DNA from: the human T2T-CHM13v2.0 reference genome, Homo sapiens
Length of the DNA: 64,000 nucleotides
Reading direction: 5' to 3' (one strand)
Assembly: GCF_009914755.1 (NCBI RefSeq)
Contig: NC_060927.1
Numbering within the stretch: position 1 is the stretch's first letter; each line of letters begins with the position of its first letter. The notes under the pieces were generated by a model. It saw only the letters and a program-made list of their open reading frames with translations. It was not told the DNA's origin and made no database searches. Below are positions 13,830-30,169 of the stretch, piece after piece. The position numbers and the translations under genes were made by a program.

Positions 13830-14179
13830 GGTCTACAAGGATATAAAACAATATTAAAATCACCGTCTCAGGAAAAATTTTATATGTGAGTGAATGTGTG
13901 TATGGATTTGGGGGTGAGGTGAGATACAAAACCTTTCACTTTCTCAATTTATTTTTGATTTCTAAATATAGTCAGGTACTACCTAGAAAAGGATACTACT
14001 TCCTTTTCCAATTGAATTATTTTAGAGCACATTAGTACCAAGTGCTGTCCTGCTGTCAGGGTCATGAAGATTAAAAAAAAAAAAGCATAAGTTCTGCTCC
14101 CAGAAATTCTAGTTAGCAAAGGAGGCAAACTAGGAAATTATCACAAAACAGAGTGCTAAGTTTTAGCAATTGGGGCACA

Positions 14180-14925
14180 TGGCCAGTTAAGTATATGAAA
14201 AGATGCTCAATGAAACTAGTCATTAGAAACAAATCAAAATTACAATGAGATATCATTTCACACCCACAAAGATACCTATAATCAAAAAGACAGAAAATAG
14301 TAAGTACTGGATGTGGGAACACTGGAACCCTCACACAGCTGATGGGAATGTCAAATGGTGCGGGCGCCTGCTTTAGAAAACTGGCAGTTCCTCAAAAAGT
14401 TTATCAGAGGGTTGCCATTAAGATGCAGCCATTCCACTCCATATGTCCACAGAAAAAGCTGTACACAAATCTTCATTATAGCATTATTGATAGTAGCCAA
14501 AAAGTGCAATCAACACAAAAATCTATGAACTAATGAATGGATAAATAAAATGTAGTATATACATACAACAGACTATCATTTGGCTATAAAACAAAATGAA
14601 ATACTGATACATGCTACAACATGGATGAATGTGGGAACATTATAAAGTGAAAGAAGCCAGGCACAAAAAGCCACGTATTTTATGACTGCATTTAGATGAT
14701 ATGTCCAGAATAGGCAAATTCGTACAGACATAAAGTAGATCAGTGGTTGCCAGGGGCTGGGGGAAAGGAGTAATAGGGAGTGACTGCTAATGGGTGTCGG
14801 TTTCCTTTTGGGGTGATCAAGATGTTCTGGAATTATTAATATTTGCAAAACCTTGCCAATATATGAAAAAGCACTGAATTGTACACTTGAGGTAATTTTA
14901 TGGTGTGTGATTTATACCTCAGTTT
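14180..14925 (+). mobile_element. L1MB-like 3' end
   Basis: ATGAAAAGATGCTCAA...TACAATGAGATATCATTTCACACCCA; CATGCTACAACATGGATGAA; GTGGTTGCCAGGGGCTGGGGG. Confidence 0.8.
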
Positions 14926-15104
14926 TTTTAAAGGAGGGGGCATACAATAACCCCAGGAATGCAGAGAAGTAAGAGATTTGTTCTGACTGAGGGAAGCAAG
15001 GAAGGGCTCCCTCAATTTTTTTGAAGGAGGGAGCATACAATAAGAATCCCAGGAATGCAGAGAAGTAAGATTTGTTCTGACTGAGGGAAGCAGGGAAGGG
15101 CTCC
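14917..15104. repeat. ~93-bp tandem duplication
   Basis: CCTCA(T)n..AAGGAGGG.GCATACAATAA..CCCAGGAATGCAGAGAAGTAAGA..TTTGTTCTGACTGAGGGAAGCA.GGAAGGGCTCC at 14917-15009 and 15010-15104. Confidence 0.93.
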
Positions 15105-15884
15105 ATATTTGAGTTGAGTGATGACCAGGAGACCTCAAGCATAAAAAAGGGAAAAGAGCAATTCTACAATATAACCTTATATGCAAAAGCAACATAACTG
15201 TGTGTGTATGTATGAGAAGATAAGGCCAAGTGAGTTACTCATCATGCTCGGGAAACCTGTTCCTACATTACCTGAGGTAAATACTATGAATTCTCATAAA
15301 GCAGCCCAATTTATATGCATGGAGAAAGCATCCAAAAACACTGGGCCAAAACCCACTGCAAAAACATTAACAATCGTCATTTGGAACCGTCCATTCCCAC
15401 TTTTCTCCAAAGCTATCTATTTAACCAAACACCTTCTGAAATTTGCAGCATAAACAAAATATATCAATGTCAAATTTTAAGTTTTGGGAAAGACCCCTGG
15501 GTCAACTTGATGCAAGCTGATTCTTCTATCATCTTAATAGTTTGTGGTCATTATTAGGAAACCAAATAGCCAGGAAAGAATGGGGACAAGAGGGAGAAAC
15601 AAGCAAATGTGTGAAGGCAGGATCACTACAAACTAGCTTTGAAGGAATACAATTACGTTCAAGAGATTATTTTCTTAACCCATAGCCCTTGAAAATGATT
15701 TGCAAATCAGCACAGAGATTTAGCTATTTAGCTATTGATACAGAATAGCCCATTGCTGAATTCAAGGTTCAATTAATCTCCACCCCAAATCACATTCAGA
15801 ATTCCCTCACTTCTGTCCCCATGAAGCTCAATACTTAATAACCATTTGCTCACTTTTGCCTTATACCCCATTAAGACTCTTAAC

Positions 15885-16052
15885 CAGGGGTCTGGCAAAT
15901 ACCCTCAGCAAAGGGCCAGAGGGTAAGTATTTTTAGGCTTTGCAAGCTACATAGCTCTCCGTCACATCCTCCTTTTTTAAACAACACTTTAAAAATGTAA
16001 AAATCATTCTTACCTCCTGGGCCATACAGCAGGCCACAATCTGATGACCCTT
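15885..16052. mobile_element. MER58-like hAT MITE
   Basis: CAGGGGTCTGGCAAA terminus; AAGGGCCAGA..TAAGTATTTTTAGGCTTTG; AAAAATGTAAAAATCATTCTTA. Confidence 0.7.
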
Positions 16053-16166
16053 CTTCTAAACAAAACTGGGCACATTAGGAATACTGATCAAAGACATGCA
16101 GCTACCTACACACTACATTTCTCAGATAGGTGAAAAATCGTCTTAGGTTATTTGCACATAGGATCA

Positions 16167-16322
<156 letters not shown>

Positions 16323-16417
16323 CTAGGTATTTTAAAAAACATATATACAAAAAAAATGTACATTTTAATGATTTGTGTATTTAAACAAAAAAAACAAGTC
16401 TTTAAATTTGAGTATTA

Positions 16418-16780
<363 letters not shown>

Positions 16781-16879
16781 TTACTAAATAAGTACATCAA
16801 TTATTTGACCAAACTTACTAGCTGTAAACAAAACAGGCAGTTTCTTATATCAGCTTCTCATTTGTAGCATCATAATTTA

Positions 16880-17059
<180 letters not shown>

Positions 17060-17589
17060 TCAAGAAAGCCAAGGCAATAGGTGAGAAAAGGCTACAAGTT
17101 TCCAAAAAAAGCTATCAGCTGTCTGGGATTTTCTTCAAAGGTTGAGGGAAGAGGTAGGAGTAGAAGTACAACAAGATGGCCATTAACTGTTAATTGTTGA
17201 AGCTGGGTGATAAGTACACAAGGGTTTATTATTCTACTTTCTCTACCTGTATAAAGTTTAAAAAATACATAAGAAATGCCCAAGCATATACTTAGATTCA
17301 GGAAAACAATTTAAGAAAAATATATTCACAATTGTTAAGTATTTTTCTCTGTTCTATATATTCAATGTTTTCTCTCATAATCACAATACACTACATCAAA
17401 ATAACATCATCTGAAGGGTTTTGGAAATTGTATCTTAGTCGCTATTAGAATATGACTAAATTTGTAAATATATAATTTTCTCTCAAAGCACTGTGGAATG
17501 TTTCCTTTGCTTTGAATATGAATAAAATAATTTGTTCACACTTGGTAGTTTTCAGTATGTGTCTGCCTGGTTTATGTAATTATTAGTTA

Positions 17590-18060
17590 TATTTCACAAA
17601 TTTATAAGGGACTGGGAATACAGCAATGGATACACCTAGCACTAAGATCTTGGTTTTTAAATACTATCCCCCACTAAAAGGAACCAGGGATCCTAGGAGA
17701 AATAGATAATTCTACGTTTATTAGAGTGAAAATAACAGGTGAACCTGTGACATTTTGTTTTATCAGAAAATAAGACTAATGAGATATGTCAAAAGGACAA
17801 AGTGTCTTGACGGAGCCTCTGCTAACAAATTTGCAACAAACTTAGCACCATAAAGAATAAGACTCTCATCAGTGGTAACAGTGAATAATAAAAGCCCACT
17901 AAGTCCATTAAGTATTTAGTAATACTAAATAAAATAAAATATAAAAAACGAGAGTAAATAGGAGGGGAAAAGTTGTTCGTTTTGGAAGAGTATTTAATAA
18001 ATACAGAGGAAATATAATATTAGAACATTTTACAACTTCCTGATACTGATTCAAGCATGT
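17590..18060 (+). mobile_element. L1MC4-like 3' UTR fragment
   Basis: CAATGGATACACCTAGCAC..GATCTTGGTTTTTAAATAC..AAAGGAACCAGGG motif. Confidence 0.55.
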
Positions 18061-18294
18061 CCTTGTTGAAATTCTTCAAAACCTGAATCAAAAGTTTCAA
18101 GTTTCTCATTCATATGTAATATATTAGTCTTTAAAACCAAGCCACAAACATACAGCTTAAAAGTAAATGGAAACCACTAGATAATTCTAAACTTTTCTGT
18201 ATTTTCCAAATTTTTACAATGACCACGTCTTAAGTTTACAACCAGAAAAGAGAAAAAAACCTCGTTTTAGATATACATTGCAAAACAACATTTA

Positions 18295-18465
18295 GGCACT
18301 TACTATGTGCTAGGTACCAGTCTAAGCTTTTTCCTATCCTTAATCCACATTAAGTAAAAACTATCAGTACTCCTGTTTTACACATGAGGAAACCGAGGGT
18401 TTCATAAATCATAATTACCGAGGTTGAAAACAGAACCCAGACAATCTGATTCAAGAGCTCATGTT
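18295..18465 (-). mobile_element. MIR SINE
   Basis: GCACTTACTATGTGCTAGGTAC...TTTTACACATGAGGAAACCGAGG. Confidence 0.65.
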
Positions 18466-19141
18466 ATTTTTATTTTTTATATTGGCACCATGTCATTCTA
18501 TACCTAAATACTTCCAGGCAAATAATTTAAAATTAAAAACATTCAAAGCCCATTTTCTTAACCACTATTACACAGTTACTCAATTAAATTTCAAAGATCC
18601 AGTAATGGTGAGTACCCCTCTGGTGCCCTGATGGTGGAGTAAGCTGGCTGCTATGCAGAACAACTGGCCACACATATTTAAAAAAAAGAAGAAAAAAAAA
18701 AACTGTTCATTGTCCCGGCGATTTTGTTTCATATACTATACCCTAGAGAAACACTAGCATATACACACAGAGACATACATAAGCATATTTTTACAGCAGC
18801 AGTTTGCTAAAGCAAAAACAGATGAAAACAACACATATGTCCAACAACAGCTGAACAGGCAAATAAACTATGCCAGAGCTAGCTCTACAGTGGAACATTA
18901 GGCAGCAGTTAACCAGGATGAGCCAGATTTATGTATGTTGGCATGGAAAAGACCTCTTAAATATAATGCTGAATGAAAAGGGCAAACAGGACTACACTAA
19001 TACACTATGATCCTATGTACTTAAAAAAAAAATTCTGTAGAATTAAAAATTTCTGCAAGTATTAACTTTTTTAAAAATTGGTTCTTTCATTGAGCATTTA
19101 TATTCTTTTACATATAAAATTTTACGTAAAAAAGATTTTAT

Positions 19142-19442
<301 letters not shown>

Positions 19443-19905
19443 TTACCAAAAAGTTTGCATAAATGCACAATAAAAGAACTGAAAAGCCTATCCCTGGGCA
19501 GGTACAGAGTAAAGAAAGATAACAGAACTTCAGCATTTACTATACTGTTTCTTAGTTTCTGCTAAGTATTACTCGTGTAAAGTACTAAAGACACCAGAAC
19601 CAGTGCTTCCCAACCAAGTGAGAAAACTGCTGAAAATGATCCCAATTTTGTAAAAGCAGTAAATAAAATTCTCTAGATGTACACTTACGTTTTTATCGGC
19701 ATGGGGTGAAATGGGGAAGAATACAGCCCTAGCTGCTGTTTGGGGAAATGACAAGGCATTTCATGGAGACGACTTTTTCATCTTTACATTGATTCACCAG
19801 TACAAGCAAGCATGATTACCTTTATACTTTTTCTAAAACGAAGTTAATTTTTTTAATGAGAAACGATTACCTGGAATAGTCTCCAATTTTAGCCTATACT
19901 AACTA

Positions 19906-20208
<303 letters not shown>

Positions 20209-20257
20209 TCACCCCCCGCCCCGCCACAAGTCATCCACCAGTCTCTTCCCCACTAAC

Positions 20258-20416
20258 AGGAAGGCATGCGATGGCGCTTAATAATCGGCTTGGCAAAACA
20301 TAAACGTATGCTGGTGGGAGGTTTGCGTGACGGCCAATCCTGGCAATGCCAACCTCTACTAGGGCTGGAGGGAGGGCAATCCTCGGTTTGCTCTTGCCGG
20401 ATTCTGTTCCAAAAGT
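20258..20416 (-). CDS. PSMD6: PSMD6 alternative in-frame cassette exon (+53 aa)
   Basis: ttccctgtttgaag|AC ... CCT|gttagt. It is 159 nt, phase 1/1 and open in the PSMD6 frame (FWNRIRQEQTEDC...KRHRMPS). Inclusion gives 442 aa, consistent with a longer isoform I recall being annotated. Confidence 0.7.
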
Positions 20417-20857
20417 CTTCAAACAGGGAAAGACTTTTTATACACACATACTCACATACATATGTTCAAACATACACATTCACTACAGAAGGGCCAGAAA
20501 GAACCGAACCCAAATTTCCCTTCCACAGGCAAGCTGAACTCTCCCACAGGAATACCCCGCGCCCGGGAGCAGTCCCCACTGACAGAAAGTCACGGGGCCT
20601 TTACTCTGTGCCTAGCACAGGGGTAAATATTAATGCCTCACGATTCTCCCCCAAGCTGCCCTTACAGGGGAAGGCGGCACAGAGAGATGCAGACCCCGCT
20701 GAGGCAAGTCGAGGTCCCCCAGGGTATCCCCAAACCAAAGCAAAACCCTAAGGGCCGGAGAAGCCAGGCCTGGTCTCTGAGACCCCGTCAGAGGGGTCTG
20801 GAGCTCCATCAAAAAAAGTCCCCGCAGGCTCCGGAACGCGGGGACGGCCCAGGCCTA

Positions 20858-21073
<216 letters not shown>

Positions 21074-21701
21074 TTACGACCGGCTGCGGCAGCGGAAGCG
21101 GGAGGAGTCGGCGAATACGCCCGGCCGCCTGCGGCCCGGCTTCCGGTCCCGTCTCCGCCGGCAGCGTCCTCTGCTGGACACCTCCGGGAACGCCTCACCC
21201 GGCCTGGGCGCCTGCGCCCCTGTGTGGTCACGGGGGCTTTTCCACCCTCAAGGCCCCCTGCGGAGTCCCAGAGTGGGTGCAGCCCAACTCAAAAGCCCAA
21301 TTTCTTGAATCTCTTTCTCACTCCCTTTTTAGCTATTTTACTTTCCGTTTGTAACTGATGGGAGCTTAAAATTTTTGAAAACTGAAAATGTAATAACAGC
21401 ATTAATAAAAACAATCACCATAGTTTGTCGAGTCGTTACTCTCATTCATCTTATTAAAATCATCTTCATGCTGCGAGGTAGTACTATTAGCCTATTTAGT
21501 AGGTAAGACAAATGAGGCACAAAGAGGTTAGGGAAACAGACCAACCAAGGTCATGTAACAGCCATGTCGCAAGGCCTAAATGAAAACCCCTATCTAGAAC
21601 TCTAAAATCCACATTCTTTCTGCGGTTTTAAGAAGAAAAAAAAACTGCACCCAGGATTCTACGTCATAGTACAACAGCATCATCGTTTTGTTTACACATA
21701 A

Positions 21702-22106
<405 letters not shown>

Positions 22107-22780
22107 TAATTTACTTTCACTCTTCCCTCTGTTAGAGGTGTCTTTAGGTTGACCAGAGTTTTTACTTACCTAATATAAAAACTTGGATGAAGACTTTGGA
22201 TGTCTAGATCACTTCATGTTTTGCATCTTTTTCCTTAGCATAAAATCCCATGAAGGAATAACGGACAAAGGGAAGAAGGATTTTGTGACTTGGGGATATT
22301 TAATGTTAAATGGTTTTCCAAAAGAGCTGAACCAGTTTACACAGCTGCTGAAACAGGTGAGACTGCCACATCTCACAGGCAGTAGGCATCATCACATAAT
22401 TTAAATCTATTATTTGTTTCTATAAAAATGAAACAAGCATTTTGAAGACAACTCAAATGATAGAGAAAATATGAAGAGTAAAAAAAAAATACTATTAAAT
22501 AGCTCTCCACCACTGCTAAACTTTTGGTAAAAAACTTTCTAAAATTCTTTCATTTAGTCATTCAACAAACATGATTGCATGGTTACAAAGTACCAGGCAC
22601 TGTCTTAGGCCTCAAGGACTCAGCAGTGAAGAGCACAAAGCCCTGTCTTTGGAACTTACATTCCAGAGAAGCATAGCTTCTTTAAAACTCATCTGGGTAT
22701 ATTAACATGATCATTCTATACTCGCACATTTTAAACTGTGTTTTATTCATTCTACCATGTATTGTGGATATCTTGGATGA

Positions 22781-23127
<347 letters not shown>

Positions 23128-23417
23128 CATTATATTTCTATACCAACTTTTTCTTCATCAGTCCTTAAGTGCTGGTTGATTTGGGTTATTTTTGTTTTTT
23201 TCAATCTTATTAATATTACAGTGTCACTTATCCGTGTACATATATATTTTCACACTTAAATAGTTATTTCTCAATCTAAATCTCTAGACGTGCAATTGCT
23301 GAATAAGAGGGCATTAATATTTTATATTTTGATGTATTCTGTAAGTATTTTATGAATTATTTTCCACAAATGATATATATATCAATTTACATTGCCACTA
23401 ATATTGAACAGAGAACC

Positions 23418-24230
<813 letters not shown>

Positions 24231-27229
24231 GACCTGTCTCCCAATGTACTTTCATCAGCTATTTTAAGTTTTGCTAACAGTTGCTTTTCCTTTGCATTCC
24301 TTTTATGATTGGTGAGGTTAATCTTTTTTTCACATTTTACTGACCACATATATTTTCTGTTTTATGAAATTCTTGTTTGGCTTTGTCAATTCTCTATGGA
24401 ATCTTTCCTCACTGACTAGTAAGCAATCTTCATATTTTAAGGATATTAACTTTGTTAATTTCCAAGTATCACAGTTTCCCCCCTCATTTATTTTTCTAAA
24501 TTTTTAGGGGTTTTTCTTCAACATAAAAGCTTACAATGTTTACATAGTTAAATGTATCAGCCTGTTTACATTTGTGACAAGAATTGGATGTATGATCCAA
24601 AACTCATGTTGAAGTATAGGGGGAAACCTGTATAAATAGTCTTGTAGTTTAAATTGTATGTGACTGGTTCATTCTGGTTTCCAGTTCGTCCTAGTATAGA
24701 CGCATAATCAAATTAAGGTTGCAATTGCCAGAAAATCTCAATTGCAGGGGATTCTATGACTCTTCATTATTCCAGGTGCAAATGAGCTTCAAGGTGCACA
24801 ATGCCCTGCTGTCAGCCTCTCCACTCAGCACAGAGGAGACCAATTTCCAGTCAGATCTGTCTTCTTCTCTTTTTACTATCATAACCATTAATTGCTGAGG
24901 AATCAATCGAGCCCTGAACTGTGGCTGTGATTTGACTGCCCAGCTGATCAAAGCAGCTCTTTGCCCCATATTGACAACTCATTATTGAACAGTAAATTGT
25001 CCATTCCATCAATCTCTTTGTAGCCATTAACTCAATTTGACTGGATTAACTAGTTTTACAAAGCCCCTTCTTTAAGCTTGAAACCTGAGGTTTTTGTAAT
25101 CTCAGGGAGGAAAAATAAATGTGTATCTTCTTGGTAGATATATATCCTGCCCCATGGAAATTAAAATGTTTGATGGAAACAGGCTATGGTGAGCTAAGGG
25201 CATACATACCTTTTCTTATTTGCTCTGGTTCTAGGGTTTATTTTAGAAAGCACTCTTTCTTCCTTTTTTTATCTGTGTTGCAAGCCCTTTGCTATTAGAA
25301 CCTGGTTTTATTTCGAGATCGCACCAAGCAGGGCCCTCCTCCTTTTCAGCCTTTGTACTTTTCCTTTATGTGAGATTATATGGCTCTGAAAAGGCTGCTC
25401 TGATTTAGGGCACTGGATTCCTTCATTCTGAGCAGAGCGTCGTCAGCTCTCTGTACAGGCCCCACGGGCTGTTGATTTTGATGACTACCATGCCCACTGC
25501 ATAAAACAATGTTCCTCTAAGTGTATAATTGACTTTATCTGCTTTGCTCACTTTTAATTACATGCACTTTCAGCTTTTTCATTGAATTTCAAATAATTTA
25601 TGTGCGCGGCCCTGATTATAGCTTTCCTGCATATGTCCAAGATGGGTTTGTGCAGGCGGAGTTATCTCTGCTCCTGCCAGCATCCTTCCTGTTAGGCAGT
25701 TATTGATTACACCACATAGGATGGAAACTTTACATAGAGTATCCGCTTGGAACGCACAAAAATTTCAGGGTTATTGCAGCATCATGATCAATTGATGTAG
25801 CATGCTCATTTCTTCCTCACTAAATTACTCCTTTCCAAAAGAGTATTTTGAAGGAAAAAGAGTGCTTAGGAAACACTGTTGTTTCTGGAGCAGGTTGGGT
25901 AATTGCTGAGAGCAATATCAGTTTTCTTTTTCCATGACGAGAAGACACTTGCACAAGGCAGGGAGAGTGAAATGTGTCCCCCAGGATGACACACTTCATG
26001 CAACCCCACTGTTAGCATAGACCTCTTACTATGTGCTGGGGTACCAGACAGAGCAGTGGTCAGAAAATTCATGGGGTTCACATTCTGGTGGGGAAAGGGT
26101 AGAAAGAGACTGAGAAGCAATACACGATTAAATAAATTATTCAATTAGTGGCAAAATTAGTGAAGGCATGAATGCACGAATGGAATAGAAAAGGTTTTTT
26201 TTTTTTGATGAAGTGATATTTGAGGTTAGATCAAAATGATGGGCTTGGGTTAGGGTCATCTTTAAAAACAGTTACTTTGTGCCAATTTCCTTAGTTCCTT
26301 TAATAATTACCCCCCTTTGTGTATAAAATAAGTGGTGATAAAGAGGTTTTTCTAGTTTGTTTTCCTCTTTGTGGTTTGAAAATCAGCACACAGTCATCTG
26401 CAGGGCGCTAAGTATACGATCCTGGGAACATGATGTGAAAAATCAGGAACCTGCAGCTGAACCAGCGTAGCCATTGAGAAGTGGCCATCCTCCCACTTCT
26501 GGTAAATTGCCTAAAATTTACATATCAATCATGTTAACCTGTCATACCTCTAGTTCCACCCACACTCCTTCTGTAGGACTCATCCTGGGTAGACACATGA
26601 CACCCAGGGAAGCAGTCTGAACTGCAAGTGATCATCTACCTGAAGCCTACAAAGTGTTGTTCCAAAGGGAAGATCTGGGACACTCAGACTTTTACTTTTC
26701 AGAATCTGAATTAGAAACTGTGGCTGGAATCACCAGCTAGTAGTGGGTGTAGACACCATAGGGTCATGAAATAGAAGGGAGGATGTTGGAGGAGAGCAGC
26801 CGGGATCTGTCAGAGATTGAATAGCAGGCTGAAATCAGGAGCAAGGAGGGGCAGGAGAAACAGAGGTATGCCTTACTGAGCAAAGGAGCCCAGAGGGAAT
26901 CTGAGCAGAAGCAGACAGACAGAAAAGAACCTAGCCACAGAAAATGATGGCACACAGGGGTGGATCATCATCAGCCTATGTGGCAAAAAGACTTAGGTCA
27001 ACCTTACATGCAAATCCAGCAGCAAAACCATCTTTACAACACCAATTCATGCTACTATTCCTGCTCTTCCCAACTCTTTGAGTTTACGCCTCTTGCCTTC
27101 GCTGACGTCACACCCTATTTTCTTGAGTACTAATATTCCAGTGTTTTTAATCACTTGTTAAATTATCCTCACAATAAATACTAGTCACTTGCAGTCTCAT
27201 AGGGAGTCTCCGACCCTAAGAAGAACAAT

Positions 27230-27540
27230 TACCTGCAATTTAACAACAATACCCATGCATTCACCCTTTGACCCAGCAATCCTGCTTCTGGGAACTTATC
27301 CTGAAGCTACACCTCCAAAAATTCAAAAATACCCATGCACAAGGTTATTCATTGCAGTATTGTTTAAAATTGTAAAATACTGGTAACAACTTAAATGCCC
27401 AAATATAGGAAAATGGTTGCATACACAATGGTACATAACACATGATGGGGTATTATGCAGCTGTAAAAAATAATAAAGAAATAAATAAAGAAAATGTTCA
27501 TGAGCTGATATGGAGCAATTTCCAGAAATCAAATGCAATT
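27230..27540 (+). mobile_element. Old L1 (L1ME-like) 3' fragment
   Basis: CCCTTTGACCCAGCAATCCTGCTTCTGGGAACTTATCC motif. Confidence 0.7.
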
Positions 27541-27954
27541 ATTTAACAACAAAAATGATAAAGAGGACTAGAGGAGAGACACTATAAAAGCAAAAATTCA
27601 AAGGAACCACTAGAATATGGAATATCGAAAGAAAAACAAAAGAAGGGTGAGTCTCTGATTTGTGTAAGCAAACAAGTGAAATTAAGACACAGCCACAGAG
27701 CACTATGGTAACACATGCAGCAAGTACACTGCAATTTCTTAAGATAAACTTGAAGAAACTACCCTGCACATATTGAAACAGCACTGTCTCAACCACCCGC
27801 TGATGGAGCAAAGCATAGGAACAAGAAAGTGAACATTGGGAAAGAATTAACCAGTAAACATTTAAACAAGAGGTGTGGTCTAATCATGGGACGAATCAGA
27901 ACCGTATTGGACTTCCTATCACTCATCTGTACTACTTAGTACTGTTTTTATTTT

Positions 27955-28258
27955 AACTAATTAATTAATACTTTTTTGGAGATAGCGTTTTGCTCTGTCG
28001 CCCAGGCTGGAGTGCAGTGGAGCGATCTCAGCTCACTGCAGCCTCGACCTCCTGGGATCAAGTGATTCTTCCACCTCAGCTCCCTAGTAACTGGGATTAC
28101 GGGGGTCACCACCACACCCGGCTTTTTTGGGTAGTTTTTGTAAAGACGAGGTCTCGCTATGTTGCCTAGGCCGGTCTGGAACTCCCAGCCTCAAGCAATC
28201 CACCTGCCTCTGCCCCCTAAAGTTCTGGGATTACAGGTGTGAGCCACTGCGCCTGGCC
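27955..28258 (-). mobile_element. AluJ-like SINE
   Basis: J diagnostics GCAGCCTCGACCTCCTGGG and GGTCTCGCTATGTTGCC; TSD TGTTTTTATTTT at 27943-27954 and 28259-28270. Confidence 0.88.
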
Positions 28259-28447
28259 TGTTTTTATTTTGAAAAAAAAAAAAAAAAATTTTTTTTTGTT
28301 TTTTGCAAGGTGCACAGGAGGTTGGTGGGTGGGTGAGCTCGACGGTTTCGGGTTACAGAGGTTTCGAACCCATCCCTCTTCTCGTGCTGCGATTTTTGCT
28401 TATTCACAGCCCCTTTCCTCGGAAAAGCCCAGAAGTGTTTCAAGTGG

Positions 28448-28466
28448 TGACCAGCAGAGGGCAGCA
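28448..28466 (+). promoter_or_regulatory. Strong CTCF motif in a small CpG-rich patch
   Basis: TGACCAGCAGAGGGCAGCA matches the CTCF core CCASYAGRKGGCRS; CpGs are retained across 28330-28610. Confidence 0.75.
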
Positions 28467-29194
28467 GTATCCACCGCTTCCCGCAGAGCACGGCGTGCGG
28501 AGGTAGACTGTCTTCCGGTCCCACCCGGAGATGGGGAATTCTAGGCCAGGTGGGTGTGACGACGTGCAGCCCTAGCGAAGGACAGGGGTGCACGACAGAG
28601 GCACTGGATGGTAAGCACAGCATTTTCTAAATCTCACAGGAGAAAAATCACTGAAAAAAACCACTGGTGTAAAAGCTGAGTCTGTCCTTTGAACCGCTGC
28701 CCTGATTTTAGTTACAAATGAAGCAAAAAATCCTTAAAGATCCATATTCCTAAATTTAGACCTTGACCTCAAAGATCGCCTCGGAAAATATACAAATCAT
28801 TGTTTCCTTCATTTAGTCAACTATCTATTGATTTGATCCCTACTTCCTGTTCAACTCAGCATCCCTTGTCATGGGCAAAAAAAGTGAATGGACTCAGACC
28901 ATTGAAACAAATAAACTTAATCTTGGTTAGAAAAATTCCAAGTCAATGAATTTTAAAAAGTGAGTTAGTATCATACCAATTTAAGTGTTTTTTAAATAAT
29001 GTTTAATAAGCAGGTGAATAATTAGCATTGGCCTAAGAAGGCAGCATTCTTAAATCACAGAAAAGAGGTATTTCAGCTGTGGCTGTATGTCGGACTTTGT
29101 GATTCCTTTATTTCTGATTTCCTTAGTAAGTTATTCAACCTTACAGGGAAACTTTTTAAATTTTACGTTGCTCTTTTAAATTAGCCTAAGAATA

Positions 29195-29430
29195 ATAATG
29201 GTGCCAAAATCTTGTATAGCACTTGCTATGTGCTAGGTACTTAAGCATTACATATATATTAAGTCATTTAATCAAACAACTGTATCAGATAGATATTATA
29301 TTAACCCATATTACAGAGGTTCAGAGAGGTTAAGCAATTTGACCAAGGTCACACAGCTAGTTCATGACAGAGTAGGATTTGAACTCAAAAAGTCTGGATT
29401 CAGACTCCATGCTTCTAGCCATAATATCGT
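29195..29430 (-). mobile_element. MIR SINE
   Basis: CAGAGAGGTTAAGCAATTTGACCAAGGTCACACAGCTAG..GGATTTGAACTC. Confidence 0.8.
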
Positions 29431-30169
29431 ACTTCTTATTATTAAATATTAGCCACAACATGCTCTCCACGAATAATGGCCTTCCTTATAGAGTCAGTTC
29501 CTTCTCCCTCCCTTGAATTCCTACCTTCGAGCATTCTAGATTGATTGATTACCCTGGTCCTCCCTACCTCCCTCCTTTCCTATAAAATGCCATGTCATGT
29601 CACATGAACCTTGACATTTAGAAGATAGAATTCTTTTGTTTGATTCAGGTTTTTTTCCTAAAAGAACATCACACTCGATTCTGATCTTTTTTTGGAACGC
29701 TTTGTTGATAATTTAAATGACTGTTTTGTGACTTTTTATAGAAGCCTAATTAAAAATGCATAGTTTAAAAATTAATCACCCGAGTCACCCAGACTCAAAA
29801 CATCTGTCATCCTCCCTCCCTTTTTACCCCGAGGTAATTTTGCCAGGTCCTGTGGCTGCTTCCTCCTGTATATTCCCTAAAATGTCTCCTAAATCTTCTT
29901 TCTCATTTCAGTAGTGGCTCCAAGTGCTCCTTACCCCCAGCCTGGGCTTTTATAACAACCTCTCAACTGGTCTCCAGACCCCAATCCATCCCACAAACCA
30001 CTGCCAGATGAAGCTTCTGAAAGCAATGCTCTAGCCGGGTTGTATTTTTTGCTCTGAAACCTTGCGTGGCTTCGCTTGTCTACGGAATTCAGTACTGAAT
30101 CGATTAAGAGGTAGTCTTTTCACTGACTTAGTTTTACTGCTCCCTGGTACACAAAAATACTTCCTTCTA

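Noticed and set aside
28340-28430. Possible tRNA gene around the B-box
   Set aside because: No A-box, acceptor stem or anticodon arm could be built.
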